Source of the DNA: the human T2T-CHM13v2.0 reference genome, Homo sapiens
Reading direction: 5' to 3' (one strand)
NCBI RefSeq assembly: GCF_009914755.1
Contig: NC_060944.1
DNA length: 64,000 bases
A model generated the notes under the pieces. It saw only the letters and a program-made list of their open reading frames with translations, was not told the origin of the DNA and did not search any database. Of the stretch, positions 54,385-64,000 are shown piece by piece. Both the position numbers and the translations under genes were made by a program. Position 1 is the stretch's first letter, and the number at the start of each line of letters is the position of its first letter.

Positions 54385-54594
54385 CAGTAGTGTGCTCATG
54401 GATGTTTAACAACCAGCTCTCCAAGATGCCGGAGGAGGACCCTGGCTTGCAGTGTTTGCTGATTTCCATAGTGTAAATACTCCCACCATGGCCAGTTTCA
54501 AACTACCAACCTGCTGCCACAAGCATGGAGTTGAGAAGAGGTGCACACGGTCAGCTTTCATGAGCGGGTGGCAGCTGGCTTTGTCATATTGCTG
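54385..54594. mobile_element. MER63A-like hAT element
   Basis: cagtagtgtgct...tgtttaacaaccagctctc terminus; ~210 bp. Confidence 0.6.
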
Positions 54595-54989
54595 ATGCTA
54601 CAGGACTAGCTTGTAGCCATGCTGACCTCTGAGTTTTTTCTTAAGCCAATCTCTATGGATCAAAGTTGACTTTATCTTTGTCGATATAATCTGGCTGGAA
54701 GAATGAATGTTCTGACTTGTTAATGATGTATTCAGCTTGTCTGCTTAGGTAAGAGAGTACAGGTGAGTTAGTTGAAGCTTTATACCACCTTGCCTTGCTG
54801 TGGTCTCAGGAGGCCTCAGTCCTTCTTCCACCTTCCTCAGCCGCACTTACTATGAGGTGAGGGGGAGGGCAGAGCCAGACCACCATGGCCAGTCCAAGGC
54901 AGCCACCAGTCTACCTCCTGTCTCTACAGACCTGCCTGTGCTGGACATCTCACGTAAACCGAATCATGTAATATGTATATACCACACTT

Positions 54990-55168
54990 TATCCATTTAT
55001 CAATATAAAATGATTAAGGAGCTATTTTACTTTCTAAGTTCTGTGTTCTAAGTCTGTGAAATCTGGTGTGTATTTTACACTCACAGCACATCTCTATTTC
55101 AGACTGGCTGCATTTCAGGTACTCAGTAGCTACAGGTGGCCCATTGCTACTACATGAGACAGCACAGG
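54990..55168. mobile_element. MER33-like hAT-Charlie fragment
   Basis: gaaatctggtgtgtattttacactcacagcacatctc...catttcaggtactcagtagc...acagcacag. Confidence 0.65.
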
Positions 55169-55306
55169 CCTAAGGGAAGAAAACTGTGGAAAGGGAAAGG
55201 GTGCAGAAGGAGAGTCTGGGAGGGTCAGAGAAGCAGAATGAAGCGCCACATGCTTAGGGAGGGGAGAGTGGCAGGAGGCAAGGCTGGAGGGGCGGGACTG
55301 GCATGA

Positions 55307-55627
<321 letters not shown>

Positions 55628-55658
55628 TGTAAGAGCACAGGGGTCCTTATTTAGGACA

Positions 55659-55664
55659 AATAAA
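55659..55664 (+). terminator. Polyadenylation signal AATAAA of CNBD2
   Basis: AATAAA 31 nt after the stop codon, followed by GU-rich sequence (ggtggattgggcgctgtgctttct). Confidence 0.85.
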
Positions 55665-56855
55665 GGATGGTGGATTGGGCGCTGTGCTTTCTGAATGACC
55701 ACCATGGGAGCTGTGGGACTTGGAGGAAGGGGGCCTGGAGGGCTGAGCTGTGGGTCCACAGAGGTGTTTGGGGGACAGCAATGGGGGCACAGTCTCCCTT
55801 GATGCTTGAGGGCTGGGCTGAGTGAATGGATGGTCAGAGGCTGTGTGTGGACGGGTTAATCATTGGGCATAGGTTCAGGGTAGGAGGGTCTTGTCTGATA
55901 AGCTGGATGTGGGGGAGGCTCAAATCAAAGTGGTCAAGACTAGGGTTGCAAATGCCTTCCAAGGCCACACAGGTCATCTAAAGGAGGGCAGCAGAAGGGC
56001 TGGGAAGGCAACGGGGAATGGTGGAGATGCTGGGGCCCACTGTGTAAGTTCCCCATCCAGATGGGGCAGCTGCCCCTTAGCCCAGTCAGTTGCTGCCCTG
56101 TCAGAAAATAATTCGGGCCTCATATCGTCAGTCTGTAGATTCTTCAAGAGAATCAAGAAATTCAATATTTTAGATGATTCCTACCAGTTTTTAAACATGA
56201 GCAACTAATTCAGATTGTTTTCAAATAGTGTCAAACAAAACACACATGGGCCTGCAGGTGGTGGGCTGGGTCCCTGTCAGAGAGTGGAAGTGAGGCTGCG
56301 ACTGATTGGGAGGAGGGTACAGGAGCCAGAGAGACGCTGATGGGACAGCATGACAGGAGCAGGCATCAGGTCCAGGATGAGGAGTGAGTAGCTGTGATAG
56401 AGGAGGTGGAGACAAGGAGGCTGCAGAGTCTGAACGAAAGAGGGCTCCTCACTCTCTCTGCTGGGTCTTTAATCTGGAGCTGCCCAACACTGATCTGGGC
56501 CTACAACTCAGGGTTCCTGTCTCCAGCAGCCTCAGCACCACAGACCAAGCTCCAGACACCTCTTTCCCTTCGAGAACCCCATAGGTTAGCCTGAGAGCAC
56601 TGAGGAGCCTGGCGGAGGCCATGGCGGCACAGGAGCCTGCCCGCTTCCAAGTCCCCCACCCTGTCCCTGGCAAGGCATAGACTCTGAGGAATGCCTGGGC
56701 GTTGAGCTGGGCACCAGGAGCTCTGGCAGTCCCAGGTGTGCTTGTGTCTCACTGGACCCTCTTGAGCACTTTGATTCCCTTATCTGTACCTCAGTTTCCC
56801 CAGTGGTGAAATGAGCAAGTTGGACAAGATCAATGGCTTTCATGAATGGGGGTGA

Positions 56856-57081
<226 letters not shown>

Positions 57082-57186
57082 TAGGGACAGGGTCTTACTG
57101 AATTGCTCAGGCTGGTCTCAAACTCCTGGCCTAAAGTGATCCTCTCACCTTGGCCTCCCAAAGTGCTGAGATTTCAGGTATGAGCC

Positions 57187-57555
57187 TGATACGATTTGGC
57201 TGTGTCCCCACCCAAAATCTTATCTTGAATTGTAATAATCCCCATGTGTGAAGGGCAGGACCGGGTGGAGATAATTGAATCATGGGGGCAGTTTCCCCAT
57301 ACTGTTCTCATGATAGTGAGTGAGTTCTCACGAGATCTGATGGTTTTATAAGGGGCTTTCCCCTTCGCTCAGCTCTCATTCTCTCTCCTGCTGCCATGTG
57401 AAGAAGGATTTGTTTGTTTCCCCTTCTGCCACGATTCTAAGTTTCCTGAGGCCTTCCCAGCCATGCGAAACTGTGAGTCAATTAAACCTCTTTTCTTTAT
57501 AAACTACCCAGTCTCAGGTATGTCTTTATTAGCAATGTGAGGACAAACTCATACA
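57187..57555 (+). mobile_element. THE1-family (ERVL-MaLR) solo LTR inserted in the 5' end of an AluJ
   Basis: TG...CA termini (tgatacgatttggctgtgtcccc ... ctcataca), 5-bp TSD gagcc (57182-57186, 57556-57560). Confidence 0.9.
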
Positions 57556-57894
57556 GAGCCACTACACTGGAACTCTGTTGAATTTAAAAGAAAGCCGTTT
57601 TCATATTGCATACCAGAAAAGAAGTATGAAATTTTTCTCTCTGAAGGGGGTGTGGACGTAAAGGGTAAAGAAGCAGTGGACTTACAGATCTTCACTTCCC
57701 TGATAGCTCCAGAATCAAGGAGTCAGGGATATCTGCAGCAGTCCTGGAAAGGTTGACTGTGACCTACAAGGACAAGGGGTCACTGTTTTGGGACCAAGTA
57801 AGTTGGGGTGTCTGACCATATTTAGGTATCCTTTTGCATTTAGGGCTGTGGCTCCAAGATGATGGTGTGGGCTTCTTATTCATCCATTTGAAAT

Positions 57895-63552
<5,658 letters not shown>

Positions 63553-63589
63553 TAGGAGTTCTTTGAACCATCCTTGAAATTAAAAACAT

Positions 63590-64000
63590 ATGTTTAACTG
63601 TGGTAAAATACGAATAGCATAACATGTATCATCTTCATCATTTTTAAGTGTATAGTTGAGTGGCATGAAGTATTCTCATTGTTATGTAACTATCACCACC
63701 ATCCATCTCCAGAACTCTTTTCATCTTGGAAAAATGAAACTCTGTACCCATTAAACAATGACTCCCCATTACTCCTTCCCCCCTAGTCCCTGGCAACTAC
63801 CTCTCTCCTTTCTGTCTCTATGAATTTGAGTACCCTAGGTACCTAAAGTAGTGGAATCATACAATATTTGTCTTTCTGGGGCTGGTTCATTTACTTAGCA
63901 TGCTGTCCTCAAGGTTCACCTATGTTGTAGCATGTGTCAGAATTTCGTTCCTTTTTAAGGCTAAACAATATTCCATTTTATGTGTATATACCATATTTTG
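63590..64000 (-). mobile_element. L1MB-type 3' end fragment, runs off window
   Basis: tgtggtaaaata...catttttaagtgtatagtt...ccatccatctccagaactcttttcatc...cccctagtccctggcaac. Confidence 0.8.

Overview
Human (primate) genomic DNA, very Alu-dense. The + strand carries ten coding exons of a gene I recognise as CNBD2 (C20orf152/CRIS, cyclic-nucleotide-binding domain protein 2, chr20q11.23). They were reconstructed by hand from GT-AG boundaries and phase continuity: 1542 nt, 513 aa plus stop, with the 5' exons upstream of the window. The gene ends in a very short 3'UTR with AATAAA. The rest is introns and about 8 kb of downstream DNA filled with Alu, L1, L2/MIR, MaLR LTRs, hAT DNA transposons and one full-length antisense SVA. 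No prokaryote-type system or novel protein-coding gene is evident. The most unusual signals are structural: (i) a two-part templated insertion (inverted plus direct copy of DNA about 2 kb away) inside an Alu; (ii) an old, Alu-interrupted ~310-bp inverted duplication; (iii) an apparent gene-conversion tract between two tandem AluY copies; (iv) an SVA with a 15-nt 3' transduction tag; (v) splice architecture (GAG acceptor, +12 CAG, exon skip into TGA-TGA) that targets the phosphate-binding cassette of a split second CNB domain. Exon numbers 3-12 and repeat subfamily names come from memory of the locus and consensus sequences, not from a search.
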